IMG/VR virus record: IMGVR_UViG_3300021400_001341 | Location: 32,001 to 96,000 of that record | Source of the DNA: a virus | Taxonomy: Duplodnaviria > Caudoviricetes | DNA: 64,000 nt | Reading direction: 5' to 3' (one strand) | In this document: piece after piece, positions 11,201 to 20,778 of the stretch | How positions within the stretch are numbered: the stretch's first letter is position 1 | Layout of the letters: the number at the start of each line of letters is the position of its first letter | Notes under the pieces: model-generated | Told to the model about the DNA's origin: nothing | The model's database searches: none | What the model saw: the letters and a program-made list of their open reading frames with translations, nothing else | Translations under genes and position numbers: made by a program

Positions 11201-13243
11201 AGTTCGCCACACAAGCTTAAGGTTAGTTGGCCATGTACAGAGCTTTGGGCGAAATACGAAGGAAAAACGCAGAAATACATCGACAAAGCTATCGACAAGA
11301 AAGCTGATGCCGCCTACAAGACCATCGATACCCCTGCTAGTATCATCACGATTGATGACGGAGCGGACGATTTGCCTATCAAAGAGTTGAAGTTTACCAT
11401 TGAGCCTGTGCAGGACTTACATGGGTATGACGCTCCGGGGCCTGTGGGAGACATAATTAATAAACTGCCAGCTCCTAAAGATGAGACAAAAACACTCAAC
11501 GGCATAACTATTACAGTAAAAGATGGCGTTTATACGGTAAATGGAACGGCGACAAAAACAGCGGCTTTTGATTTTCAACTGAATGGGTCTGTTGATTTGT
11601 CTCCATCAACTAACAAAATTGCATTTCTGAATAGTGTGGCATCTGATAGTGTCTCAGTTCGTTTTAGAAGGTCTGGGGTAAACGTACATTCTTGGATGAT
11701 GAGCACTCAGAACATAGTAAAATCTGGGTGGCCTGATAGCGGAAACGAAGTAATTGATACCGTAACTATTTCTGTTAGTTCAGGGGCCACTGTTAACATG
11801 ACAATTTCACCGATGCTGATTGCGTTGACAGACAGTGATCCAACTACATTCTCCCCATATTGCAACATCTGCCCCATTACCGGACGGACGGGAGCGAAGG
11901 TGACAAGAACGTGGAAGAATCTGATTCCATCAAGTGCAATTACACGCCCTTCAACATCTCGGATAAGAGCATGGTATGATGGTATAGGAACAACGCTCAA
12001 AAAAGGAACATATACGTTTAGTTGCACATATAGAAATATAAGCGGTTTGTATATTAATCGATATGTAAACGGTTCAAATAGTACGATATTTACTAAGGAT
12101 TATTCTAATTCCATCACATTTACGCTTGATGAAGATACAGACGGAATTAATCTTTCTGCTTTGCTTAACGATGGGGATTTGAGCGATTATGCTATTCAAC
12201 TTGAATTCGGCTCCACTGCAACTGCCTACGAACCCTCTCAATGCGAAATCTACGACATCTCTTTCCCCTCCGACGCCGGAACAGTTTACGGTGGAGAACT
12301 GACAATCCACGCTGACGGGACAGGAGAGTTGGTGGTGGACAGAGGTCTGTGGAATCTTGATGGGACGGAAGACTGGGTAATAACAACAGCATCAAGTGGC
12401 AGAAGGTTCCAACTGTCAGTGTCGAACCTTGCTGGTATGGCAGGCGCAGGAAATGCATCAAATGTGCTTTCAGACAAATTTGTTTGGAGCGAAACAGCTA
12501 ACAACTCATTCGGTCATATACGATTGATATCTAATTATCTTAACCTATGTGACAACGGATCTATATTTGCCAATGCTGCCGAACTTAAGGCATGGCTTGC
12601 TAAGAACAGAGCGCAAGTGCTCGCACCTCTTGCAACTATAAGTACTTATCAGCTTTCAACACCACAAGTCCGTACCTTGCTTGGGCTCAACCATATTTTT
12701 GCGGACGTTGGAGATATCGAGTCGATCACGTATCCGGTGGACACAACAACTGCTCTCGACAATCAGACTACGACCATACATGGCATGATCGCAGAATCAG
12801 ATTCTCCTGTTGCAGCAGAAAGTCACGCTGTTGGGGATGTGTTTATCTGCGATAATAAACTGTATAAGGCAACGGATGCCATTGCTATTGGCGAATCAGT
12901 TATCGAAGGGTCAAACGTTGCGCAGACAAGCGTGGCTGAGTTGCTGCTGAACAAGCCAAACTTTGTATTCAATGCGGCTGTTGTGAAGGATCATCCGGTT
13001 TCTGTCACGTTGAGCAATCAATCCAGAGCAATCGTGTTCGCAACAGGAGCAGACGCAGAACGGGTAGCACTTATATCATTGTATAGTAGTTCTATTCGGG
13101 CATTTGCATGGGACATTTACGCATCCGAACAGCTTACTGCTACCATTAACGGGACAACTGTCACATTGGCTTATTCCGGAGCTGGGAGTTGCTTTATTGA
13201 TATTCTCAAGCTCAATGGTGATGTAACAGCCACAATGACTTAA
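8222..13243 (+). CDS. Large modular tail fibre / receptor-binding protein
   Basis: Likely start is ATG 8222, overlapping the upstream TAA. Short collagen segment, about six ~41-aa KTWNGL..W.DG.N.YYS....YVLDK.TSTW propeller-like repeats, then three copies of the IEPVQ/NICPI/GTVYGGELTI module. Confidence 0.8.
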   Translation: MATVRKLIGNVRGPQGVQGPQGIQGIQGPTGPTGPTGPVGPTPNITIGTVEDVPHDSQASATITGTPENPVLNLRLRSGAGGNETIDDTAGIGDTDLVWSADKTAKETDKKINREYEIGFVEKTWNGLTDFDSHGIWRDGNNVYYSYGSDQYVLDKSTSTWSPKTWNGLSNFDASNVWYDGDNTYYSDRTNQYILDKSTSTWSPKTWNGLNSFYGYDVWTDGENVYYSNRTDQYVLNRSTSTWSTKTWNGLTDFSGEWSWTDGENIYYDNGSTYYVLDKATSTWNVKVWNGLDEVARADVWTDGENIYYSHRDYTQQIHHYVLDKATSTWYTKAWPEPTDFIGMNIWTDGKNVYYSRTPIHYVLKDDQFLLIGKHGSFKSKTAESFIKDTVINDTAGAGDTHKAWSADKTLSELNKKADPIYKTINTPSAIVSFNDGADDLSIKEMRIAIEPVQAGSGTVSTANVRNITGWTGCNITVSGDEDSVAYPITFPTEAGTVYGGELTIFKDGSAQLVVDRMILNYDGQMKQVDGSLVPEGWALNVSMNSGEYNYFSNTYKGAERFINSSEKRPICNEMQATIIEFDRLVLGISIVNNQDILIRYSSDNTLNVSDLETWLGQHPLQIVAWLTDASKKTYTFTASQVLTILGNNSIQADTGSINLLTYPVDSTIAHAETQQEFSSLISLKGQPNGIAELDAEGIVPVDQLPPIASPVDMETTVENSATLTLTDAIDFAALHGVRAKVLPRQPLGGYDKPWGPGKGRNKLDPSQYSGATSYGVNFSKDSDGNLSIYGTSRVIGETKLGEVTLPAGNYILCTNCALDAGVMLRNSSGGTMIAESYGAMGHYFSIGAQTKFYLYGIFKSIRFYNAKINPMILLDQSDRDYEKWEPYSNICPITEMSAGAPTLTASGNAPWGFVGSNVGIYGCEVEGVPGGSGVLRVTHKSIASYAGEMLNGRWWSSYEFYADGTTPTTGAQVVYELAEPEEITITVSEMRVSSPHKLKVSWPCTELWAKYEGKTQKYIDKAIDKKADAAYKTIDTPASIITIDDGADDLPIKELKFTIEPVQDLHGYDAPGPVGDIINKLPAPKDETKTLNGITITVKDGVYTVNGTATKTAAFDFQLNGSVDLSPSTNKIAFLNSVASDSVSVRFRRSGVNVHSWMMSTQNIVKSGWPDSGNEVIDTVTISVSSGATVNMTISPMLIALTDSDPTTFSPYCNICPITGRTGAKVTRTWKNLIPSSAITRPSTSRIRAWYDGIGTTLKKGTYTFSCTYRNISGLYINRYVNGSNSTIFTKDYSNSITFTLDEDTDGINLSALLNDGDLSDYAIQLEFGSTATAYEPSQCEIYDISFPSDAGTVYGGELTIHADGTGELVVDRGLWNLDGTEDWVITTASSGRRFQLSVSNLAGMAGAGNASNVLSDKFVWSETANNSFGHIRLISNYLNLCDNGSIFANAAELKAWLAKNRAQVLAPLATISTYQLSTPQVRTLLGLNHIFADVGDIESITYPVDTTTALDNQTTTIHGMIAESDSPVAAESHAVGDVFICDNKLYKATDAIAIGESVIEGSNVAQTSVAELLLNKPNFVFNAAVVKDHPVSVTLSNQSRAIVFATGADAERVALISLYSSSIRAFAWDIYASEQLTATINGTTVTLAYSGAGSCFIDILKLNGDVTATMT

Positions 13244-13267
13244 ATAATGAAAGAAAGGTAATCCAAC

Positions 13268-13581
13268 ATAAAACACGCAATCATCAAAGTTGTCAACGGA
13301 AACTATATCGCCCATGTTGAGGGTATCACTGACATGTTTGCTACCAAAATATAGTTCCACGGTCTGTGCTAGACCGTGTGGGATATCCTGGACATTCTGA
13401 CAGCAGAGGTTACAATCATCAACGAGCAGTTGAGCATCGTAAACGGCCATATGGAATATATCCACCACGATCTTGTACATGTCGATCCTGAACCTATGAA
13501 AGGTGATGACGAACGACATCTTAGTGGTGGATTATTCCGGCGGCCACGATTGGTGCCGCGGTAGGAATCCTGCTTGTTGTT
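13268..13581 (+). pseudogene. Two decayed small genes
   Basis: After RBS GAAAGGT a frame opens at ATA 13268 with in-frame TAG at 13352 and 13370. Bases ~13513-13581 are a copy of the 23443 membrane-peptide gene with ATG>ACG and an in-frame TAG. Confidence 0.5.
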
Positions 13582-13605
13582 ATACGAAACATTGAGGTGA
13601 CTCAT

Positions 13606-13941
13606 ATGATTAAGATTGATGGAACAAACATCACAATCACAAGAGGAGACTGTGAACCTTTTACCATAACTTTAACGGGAGAAGACGTTCCGGCTGATGG
13701 CGAAAAAGTCTTGTTTTCTGTAAAGAAAACTCAATTTGAAACAAATACTGTGATCAAAAAAATACTTGAAATTTCTCATTCTCAAATTGTTATTCAACTT
13801 AATAATGCAGATACAAAAAAACTACCATTTGGCGATTATTTTTGGGATATACGTTTTCCAAATTATTATGGTGAAAACGAACCATATACTCCTATGTCCC
13901 CTGCTGTTTTTACAGTTGCAGAGGTGATCGGAAATGTCTAA
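13606..13941 (+). CDS. Baseplate upper (BppU-like) small structural protein
   Basis: MIKIDGTNITITRGD...LNNADTKKLPFGDYFWDI pattern; RBS GAGGTG precedes ATG 13606. Confidence 0.55.
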   Translation: MIKIDGTNITITRGDCEPFTITLTGEDVPADGEKVLFSVKKTQFETNTVIKKILEISHSQIVIQLNNADTKKLPFGDYFWDIRFPNYYGENEPYTPMSPAVFTVAEVIGNV

Positions 13942-14200
13942 AGAATTGGACATTGCTATTGCTGTTGAAAGAGAAAATCAGAATATTCAAATTGACCTTG
14001 GAACAAGTAGTAACAATATACAAATTGAGTTGGAAAAAAGAGCTATGATATACGAAAATGATTATAATAACCTAATACATCATCCACAAATTAACAGCAC
14101 ATCATTGATTGGAAATAAAACATCATCAGAGTTAGGCTTACAGGATGAGCTTCCTCTTATTACAAGGTCAGAGATCAGAGATATTATTAACAATCTTTAA
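13934..14200 (+). CDS. Small tail-associated protein
   Basis: DYNNLIHHPQINSTSLIGNKTSSELGLQ motif is common in phage fibre proteins. Confidence 0.55.
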   Translation: MSKELDIAIAVERENQNIQIDLGTSSNNIQIELEKRAMIYENDYNNLIHHPQINSTSLIGNKTSSELGLQDELPLITRSEIRDIINNL

Positions 14201-14208
14201 TTGACGAG

Positions 14209-15360
14209 GTGAAAATAATGGCTGTACAAGGTTTCACTATGTCCAAGAATGAATTGTCCTACCTCCTTGGAATTATTTGGGACACATTCCAGAAGGCACA
14301 AACAGGAAAAGGACTTAGTACGGAAGACTTTACAACTGCTTTAAAATCGAAGCTTGAAGGTATTGCTGCTGGTGCTCAGGTGAACGTTATTGAAAACGTT
14401 AAACTAAACAACACAGCTCTTGAGACAACCGGAAAAGCTGTTAATATCCCCGTTTTTAGTGGAGCTAATGCAAGCAGCAACGGAACTGTCGGTGCTGTTC
14501 CCGCCCCTACAAAAGGAAATCAGGATAAATACCTGAAGGCAGACGGTAGTTGGAGTTCTCCTCCCGATAATAACACAACTTATACCATCACGCAGGATGG
14601 AACGAACCCTAATAAAATTACGCTGAGTGGTAGTGATGGAACAAACGTTGAAATCACTCTCCCCTCTCTTCAAACTGCAACAGCATCAACGCTTGGTGGA
14701 ATCAAAATCGGGTTTAGCCAAACTGGAAAGAAATACCCTGTTGCATTGTCTGATGGAAAAGCCTACGTAGAAGTCCCGTGGTCAAATACGACATATGACC
14801 CAGCTACAACTACTGTAGATGGCTTGATGAGCGCAGCCGACAAGACAAAACTGAATGGCATCGCAGAAGGAGCTACGGCAAACGAAGGAACCATTACAGG
14901 CATCACAATGAACGGTGCGAGCAAAGGTACAAGCGGTGTTGTTGACCTTGGCACTGTAATTACAGCTCATCAAGATATTTCAGGAAAAGCAAACATCGCA
15001 AGTCCAACATTTACAGGAACGCCTAAAGCTCCTACCGCAAATGCTGGTACGAACACAACGCAGATTGCAACAACTGAATTTGTAGGTACTGCGATTACGA
15101 ATGCATTAAGCGGAATTACTGGAATTACATTTGAGTTTGTTCAGACTCTTCCTGCAACAGGAAAAACTGGCACGTTCTACTTCGTACCTGACGCAAGCGG
15201 TAGCGGAACGAACAACTTCATCGAGTATGTCTGGAATTCAAATGCGAACAAATTCGAAGAAATTGGAAGACCGCAAGTTGATCTTTCCGGCTATATGAAG
15301 AGTGCGGATTATCCACTTATTACGGAGGCAGAAATCGATGAGATTATCGCTTCTATATAA
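14209..15360 (+). CDS. Head/tail fibre protein
   Basis: GKGLSTEDFT, ATASTLGGIKIG, GLMSAADKTKLNGI and SPTFTGTPKAPTA fibre motifs. Confidence 0.7.
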   Translation: MKIMAVQGFTMSKNELSYLLGIIWDTFQKAQTGKGLSTEDFTTALKSKLEGIAAGAQVNVIENVKLNNTALETTGKAVNIPVFSGANASSNGTVGAVPAPTKGNQDKYLKADGSWSSPPDNNTTYTITQDGTNPNKITLSGSDGTNVEITLPSLQTATASTLGGIKIGFSQTGKKYPVALSDGKAYVEVPWSNTTYDPATTTVDGLMSAADKTKLNGIAEGATANEGTITGITMNGASKGTSGVVDLGTVITAHQDISGKANIASPTFTGTPKAPTANAGTNTTQIATTEFVGTAITNALSGITGITFEFVQTLPATGKTGTFYFVPDASGSGTNNFIEYVWNSNANKFEEIGRPQVDLSGYMKSADYPLITEAEIDEIIASI

Positions 15361-15375
15361 GGGCGGTGACGAATA

Positions 15376-18300
15376 ATGAGTGATACTCTTAAGAGTTGGT
15401 CAATAGAAAAAGTTACACGGCTAATCAGTGGTTTGCTTAAGAAAAAGGAAATTACTGACACGAAGAATGCTGTCGATTCTATCTGTGATGTTGAAATTGC
15501 ACAGCTTAATGGTGACCATTACATTACAACAAGCGGAAGCACCGCAAACATTAATGATCCGGAAAGCGCAAGCGACTGGGCATGTGCTGTTATGCCGTGC
15601 CAGCCCGGGGACGTATTCACGGTTACTGGAGCCGGTGGAACAAAGCCGAGGCTGTGGGCGTTTGTTGACGCAAATACTCCTGCGAACGTGCTGTCAAAAG
15701 CGAACGCAGGTGTTGTCTCTGACAATCTGGAAATTGAAGCGCCTGCAAACGCTGCCTATGTGGTGTTCAACACACGCACGAATACCGAAACAAAACCCGC
15801 ATTTTACAATGGAACACCGATATCAACGTCCATTGATAAAAAAGCGAATATTGCTTCCCCCACATTTACCGGAACGCCCAAGGCTCCTACTGCACCTGCC
15901 GGAACAAATAACACGCAGATCGCAACGACAGCCTTTGTAAACCAGGCGTTTCAGATTAACGACGCAATGGTGTTCAAGGGAACCATCGGAACTGGCGGTA
16001 CTGTGACGGAACTCCCAGCAACGCACTATCAAGGCTGGACGTACAAGGTAGTTACTGCCGGGATATATGCCGGAGAGATGTGTGAAATCGGTGACATGAT
16101 CATCTGCGTCACGGATGGAACTGTCGCAAGCGATGGAGACTGGACAGTTGTGCAGTCCAATGTAGACGGTGCGGTGACTGGGCCTCGCTATTCTGAAGAC
16201 TATTCGCTTGCTGCATTTAACGGAACAAGTGGCAAAGTAATTCGCAACACGGATATAAAAACAGACATAAATGGTTCTCTGATTAGAGGAGCTAAAGCAG
16301 GAACTACTGTAGGAACAGGCGGTTTTGCGTTTGGTCGGGATGTCGAGGCACGCGGAGATTATTCTCATGCAGAAGGAGAGTATACATCTGCAATAGCTAC
16401 TGGGTCTCATGTAGAAGGCAGATATTCACAGGCAAGGGGAATTGCTTCACATGCCGAAGGCCTTTATTCGACAGCAATAGCCGGAACATCTCATGCTGAA
16501 GGCGATCATTCTACAGCAATGGGCGAAGCATCTCACGCTGAAGGGAAATCATCGTCTGCATTTGGAAATTATGCACATTCTGAAGGTGCATATACAGGAG
16601 CAAACGGCAGATCTCAACATGTATTTGGTGAGTATAACGTTATCGATAATGTTCCAGGTCCAACACAGCGTGGCACATATGTAGAGATTGTTGGTAACGG
16701 AACTGATACTGATAACAAGTCCAATGCCCGTACACTTGATTGGGACGGCAACGAGGAACTTGCCGGGGATCTGACGATTAACAAGGGTAGCGCCTACGAG
16801 GTGAAGGTAGGCGAAGTAATCGCCTCCAAGGAAGATGCGCTGTACAAGGTTGCCGACACTCCTGCAAGCATTGTAACCATCGATGACGGCGCTGATGACA
16901 TGCCAGTCAAAGAGATGGAGATCGCTATTGAACCGGTGCAAGACTTGAACGGGTATGACCGTCCGTGGCCTGCTGGTGGTGGGAAGAATCTGCTTGATGA
17001 TTCTACAAATGTCCATAAAATGGCAATAAACGCAAGTGGAGAGATGGTTAGTAATGCCAATGGAAATTATTCTCAGTTGATCCCCGTAACAGCGGGGGAA
17101 ACATACACGTTTAGTGCTATCAGCAAACAAAATACATGGACACGCAGAGTGCATGGATATACGGGCGAAACGTGGGTAGAACAGCTTGGTGCTACTGCAA
17201 ACTCTGTACCAAGCGGTCAGAAATACGCAATAACAGCAACCATTCCGAATGGCATTGATGCCATAAGAATTTCGTACTGCGAACTGGATGAAGAAGCACA
17301 GTTTGAATTAGGAAGCGAAGCCACGGACTATGCTCCATTCACCAACATCTGCCCCATTACTGGGCGGACGGGGTGCGAAATTTCAAAAAGCGGTAAAAAT
17401 TTGTATAATCCTATCAGAATTTCCGGATCGGGTAACTCTGGGACTGCAGTGGCTTATGTTAAGTGCAAACCCGGCGATAAGTTTGTAATCAAACGTTTCG
17501 GAGAGGCAATATCTTCTTCACTTCTAAACGGCGATTGCTCTTATGGATGGTGTGATGCAAAGAAAACAAGAAACCGTATTGGGGCAGCGAAATACTGGCA
17601 GAATAACGATTACATGAACGAAGTAACTGTTATCATGCCGGAGGGTGCCGAATATCTTTACGTAGGGGCATACGCAAGCAAGGGTTTACAAGACTATGTA
17701 CTGAATAATGCCGTTCAGTTAGTTATACAAAAAGACACCGTTCCTACAGAATTTATTCCGTTCATTGGCGCAACGTATCCGATCGCTTTCCCGTCCTCTG
17801 CCGGGACAGTCTACGGCGGAAACCTAACAATTCACTCTGATGGCACAGGGGAGTTGGTGGTGGATAGGGCATTTTTTGAGATAGATGGTAGCGGCACTGG
17901 GTATGGTGTTGGTGGGAACACGTACAAATATGTAAGATATACACCGGAATCTTCGATCTATTACTACGGGACACCGACAGATGGCATATCAAATATGTTT
18001 ACAGAGCAAGCCATTGGCAATACTAATGCTGATATAGGCTTTGGATTTGCTAACGGAAGAGATATTAGAATCCGTTATGGATTATTCACAGAACTTACAA
18101 TAGCAGAAGCAAAGGAATGGCTTGCGGAGCATCCTGTTCAAGTCTGTTATAAGATTGCAAGTCCTATGCTCTATCAGCTTACCGCTCCTCAGGTCCGTAC
18201 ACTCCTTGGCTTTAACCATATCTGGGCAGACACGGGCAATATCAATGAGCTTACGTACACTGCTGACGGGGCCCTCGCAAATGAATTCAAGCGTGTTGAT

Positions 18301-20778
18301 GCAAAAATAGCTGATAAGGCCGATTCAATCTATAAAACGATTGACACGCATGCTGATGTAGTCACCATTGAAAACTGTGCAGATGATCTACCTGTGCGGG
18401 AGATGCGGATTGCCATTGAGCCTGTACAGGACTTGAACGGGCAGGATAGTCCGTACCCGGCAGGTGGTGGGAAGAATCTTTTGTCAGGGCTGGAAGTTGG
18501 CGGCATTGATGTTGAGACTGGCGAAAACATTGTGAATGATACGGTAAGAAGAACCATCGATTATATTCCTGTAGATGTATCAAGAAATTATACAATAAGC
18601 GGATTTACAGATACAGGAAATAATAAAGTCAGAGTATTTTATTATAGCAGTAATAAAACTTATCTGAATAGTGAAATGCTAAATTTAAGCAACAAGACAG
18701 CAACGTTTAGTCTGTATTCGGATGCAAGTTATATTCGACTGCAATGGAATTATTTGAACGCGGAAGTAACTGACAAAGTACAAATTGAAGTCGGTTCTGA
18801 AGCAACATCCTATGCGCCATATTCCAACATCTGCCCAATCAGTGGACGGACGTGGTGCAATGTGCAGAGGACAGGGAAAAATCTGTTTGTTTTCAGCGAA
18901 TGGCAGACAGTATTTGACTATAAGTTACAACGTAAAGATTTTGCACAAAACGGATATACGATTACTTATCCTGCAAACAAGAGCATCGGAAACGATTATC
19001 CTGCGTTGAGAGTCATTCTTCCATGTAAACATCTGATTGGAGAAAAAGTTATATTCCATGTAAAAATAAACGATCCAAATAAATTTGGGAGTGCTAATTT
19101 TAGGGTTGGCGAAAAAAACGAAGATAGTTCATCTACGGCCACAGCAAATTGGTTTGGACAACAAGCAACAACAGCTCACGATCCAAATAAAGAAAACGAA
19201 GAAGCTGTATTCTCTGCTATTATTACGATGCCATATTTGCTTGTTGCAATGTCACCGAAAGGTGATAATACAACAAAAACAACTGCATATCCAATAACAT
19301 GGGATATACAGATGGAAATCGGTGACACAGCTACAGAAATGGTTTCACCGCAAACAGTAAACTACCCCATCACATTCCCTTCCGAAGCCGGAACTGTTTA
19401 TGGTGGCAACCTGACCATCCACGCTGACGGAACAGGGGAGCTGGTGGTGAATAGGGCAACACATGAATTTACAGGAACAGAAAACATTCTGCTGAACGCA
19501 TCAGCAGGAAAATTCAAACTTGTGAACAACTTCGGATGGATGAGAGACTCAAATGATGGTCAAGGGTTATCCAATATGCTGAAATGGGCAATCAGTGGTG
19601 ACTACTTCTTTGCGTTAAGCGATCAAATTTATTTTGGATGGGCAGAATGTGAAACAGTTGCGAGTTTTAAAAGCAAACTGGCAGAACTGTACAACGCAGG
19701 AACTCCGCTTGTTATATCATACAGACTCGCAACCGCCATATCCTATCAGCTTACGGCGCCACAGGTCCGTACTCTGCTCGGCACCAATAACATCTGGTCG
19801 AACACGGGCGTTATTAAGCAGCTGACCTATCCTGTGGATGGTAATATCGCTCCGGAAATCAAGTTGGCCTTAAACAGCGTTGACAAAACCAACCGGATGA
19901 TATCATCAATCGAGAGCGCCGTTGCCACTGAAAACCACAAGATTGGCGATACGTTCATCTGCAACGGCAAGCTGTATAAAGCCACGACTGCAATTGAAAT
20001 CGGAGATGCGCTTGTTGAAGACGTGAATATCACCGAGGTAACGATCACGGACGAACTGAGCGACATCAGGAACGACAACGGAAATGCACGGATCTTCTCC
20101 TGTGTGTGCGATACAGCGGGAGGGTACGCGATCAAGCGTGTTGACTGCGAAGAGTGCGATGAACTGAGAGAAGGCGATATCTTCATTATCGAGTTCCTCG
20201 CTGCTCAAACATACAACGGTGCAGCGACTCTGCAAATCAACGACTTCGGTGCGAAAAACATCCGCAGAATTCATGGTACAAATATCTCCCGCTATGAATG
20301 GAGCGCGGGTGAAACCTTAACCTTCCGGTACAACGGCACTCACTTTATCATCTCAAACGCAGGACTTGCTACGACCACGTATTACGGCAGGACGAAACTT
20401 TATACAGGTGCTGCGTCTACATCCACCGCACTTGCCTTGACTCCCGCGTCGCTGAACTCTTTTGCTAATGGTACGGCATGTCCGTATTATAGCGCAAGCA
20501 AGACTTACGAAGTAGGCGATAAAGTTCGGTACGGCAACTATATTTACCAATGCGTTAACGCCATACCTACAGCTCAATCATGGACAGCGGCAAACTGGGA
20601 AGTTGGTCCCACTCTGCAAGAACAAGTTAGTGGAAAACTTGATAAGAATCAAGGTTCTGCCAATGCTGATAAATTTATGAAGGTTGGTTCTGACGGAAAC
20701 ATTGTACTTATTTCATTGAATGATCTTGCACAGATGCTTATGGAAGAAATTTCAGTGTGGGAAGGAGGTAGCTACTAA
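15376..20778 (+). CDS. Large modular tail fibre / adhesin with YadA-head-like SHAEG repeats
   Basis: SPTFTGTPKAPT motif, 14-aa SHAEG repeats (~16360-16600), two IEPVQDLNG/NICPI/GTVYGGNLTI modules, and a C-terminal Y..GDKVRY carbohydrate-binding-like motif. Confidence 0.8.
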   Translation: MSDTLKSWSIEKVTRLISGLLKKKEITDTKNAVDSICDVEIAQLNGDHYITTSGSTANINDPESASDWACAVMPCQPGDVFTVTGAGGTKPRLWAFVDANTPANVLSKANAGVVSDNLEIEAPANAAYVVFNTRTNTETKPAFYNGTPISTSIDKKANIASPTFTGTPKAPTAPAGTNNTQIATTAFVNQAFQINDAMVFKGTIGTGGTVTELPATHYQGWTYKVVTAGIYAGEMCEIGDMIICVTDGTVASDGDWTVVQSNVDGAVTGPRYSEDYSLAAFNGTSGKVIRNTDIKTDINGSLIRGAKAGTTVGTGGFAFGRDVEARGDYSHAEGEYTSAIATGSHVEGRYSQARGIASHAEGLYSTAIAGTSHAEGDHSTAMGEASHAEGKSSSAFGNYAHSEGAYTGANGRSQHVFGEYNVIDNVPGPTQRGTYVEIVGNGTDTDNKSNARTLDWDGNEELAGDLTINKGSAYEVKVGEVIASKEDALYKVADTPASIVTIDDGADDMPVKEMEIAIEPVQDLNGYDRPWPAGGGKNLLDDSTNVHKMAINASGEMVSNANGNYSQLIPVTAGETYTFSAISKQNTWTRRVHGYTGETWVEQLGATANSVPSGQKYAITATIPNGIDAIRISYCELDEEAQFELGSEATDYAPFTNICPITGRTGCEISKSGKNLYNPIRISGSGNSGTAVAYVKCKPGDKFVIKRFGEAISSSLLNGDCSYGWCDAKKTRNRIGAAKYWQNNDYMNEVTVIMPEGAEYLYVGAYASKGLQDYVLNNAVQLVIQKDTVPTEFIPFIGATYPIAFPSSAGTVYGGNLTIHSDGTGELVVDRAFFEIDGSGTGYGVGGNTYKYVRYTPESSIYYYGTPTDGISNMFTEQAIGNTNADIGFGFANGRDIRIRYGLFTELTIAEAKEWLAEHPVQVCYKIASPMLYQLTAPQVRTLLGFNHIWADTGNINELTYTADGALANEFKRVDAKIADKADSIYKTIDTHADVVTIENCADDLPVREMRIAIEPVQDLNGQDSPYPAGGGKNLLSGLEVGGIDVETGENIVNDTVRRTIDYIPVDVSRNYTISGFTDTGNNKVRVFYYSSNKTYLNSEMLNLSNKTATFSLYSDASYIRLQWNYLNAEVTDKVQIEVGSEATSYAPYSNICPISGRTWCNVQRTGKNLFVFSEWQTVFDYKLQRKDFAQNGYTITYPANKSIGNDYPALRVILPCKHLIGEKVIFHVKINDPNKFGSANFRVGEKNEDSSSTATANWFGQQATTAHDPNKENEEAVFSAIITMPYLLVAMSPKGDNTTKTTAYPITWDIQMEIGDTATEMVSPQTVNYPITFPSEAGTVYGGNLTIHADGTGELVVNRATHEFTGTENILLNASAGKFKLVNNFGWMRDSNDGQGLSNMLKWAISGDYFFALSDQIYFGWAECETVASFKSKLAELYNAGTPLVISYRLATAISYQLTAPQVRTLLGTNNIWSNTGVIKQLTYPVDGNIAPEIKLALNSVDKTNRMISSIESAVATENHKIGDTFICNGKLYKATTAIEIGDALVEDVNITEVTITDELSDIRNDNGNARIFSCVCDTAGGYAIKRVDCEECDELREGDIFIIEFLAAQTYNGAATLQINDFGAKNIRRIHGTNISRYEWSAGETLTFRYNGTHFIISNAGLATTTYYGRTKLYTGAASTSTALALTPASLNSFANGTACPYYSASKTYEVGDKVRYGNYIYQCVNAIPTAQSWTAANWEVGPTLQEQVSGKLDKNQGSANADKFMKVGSDGNIVLISLNDLAQMLMEEISVWEGGSY

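Noticed and set aside
13268-13581. TAG stop-codon reassignment
   Set aside because: All long genes are open in code 11, TAG ends plausible genes (e.g. 34786, 44357), and no suppressor tRNA was seen.
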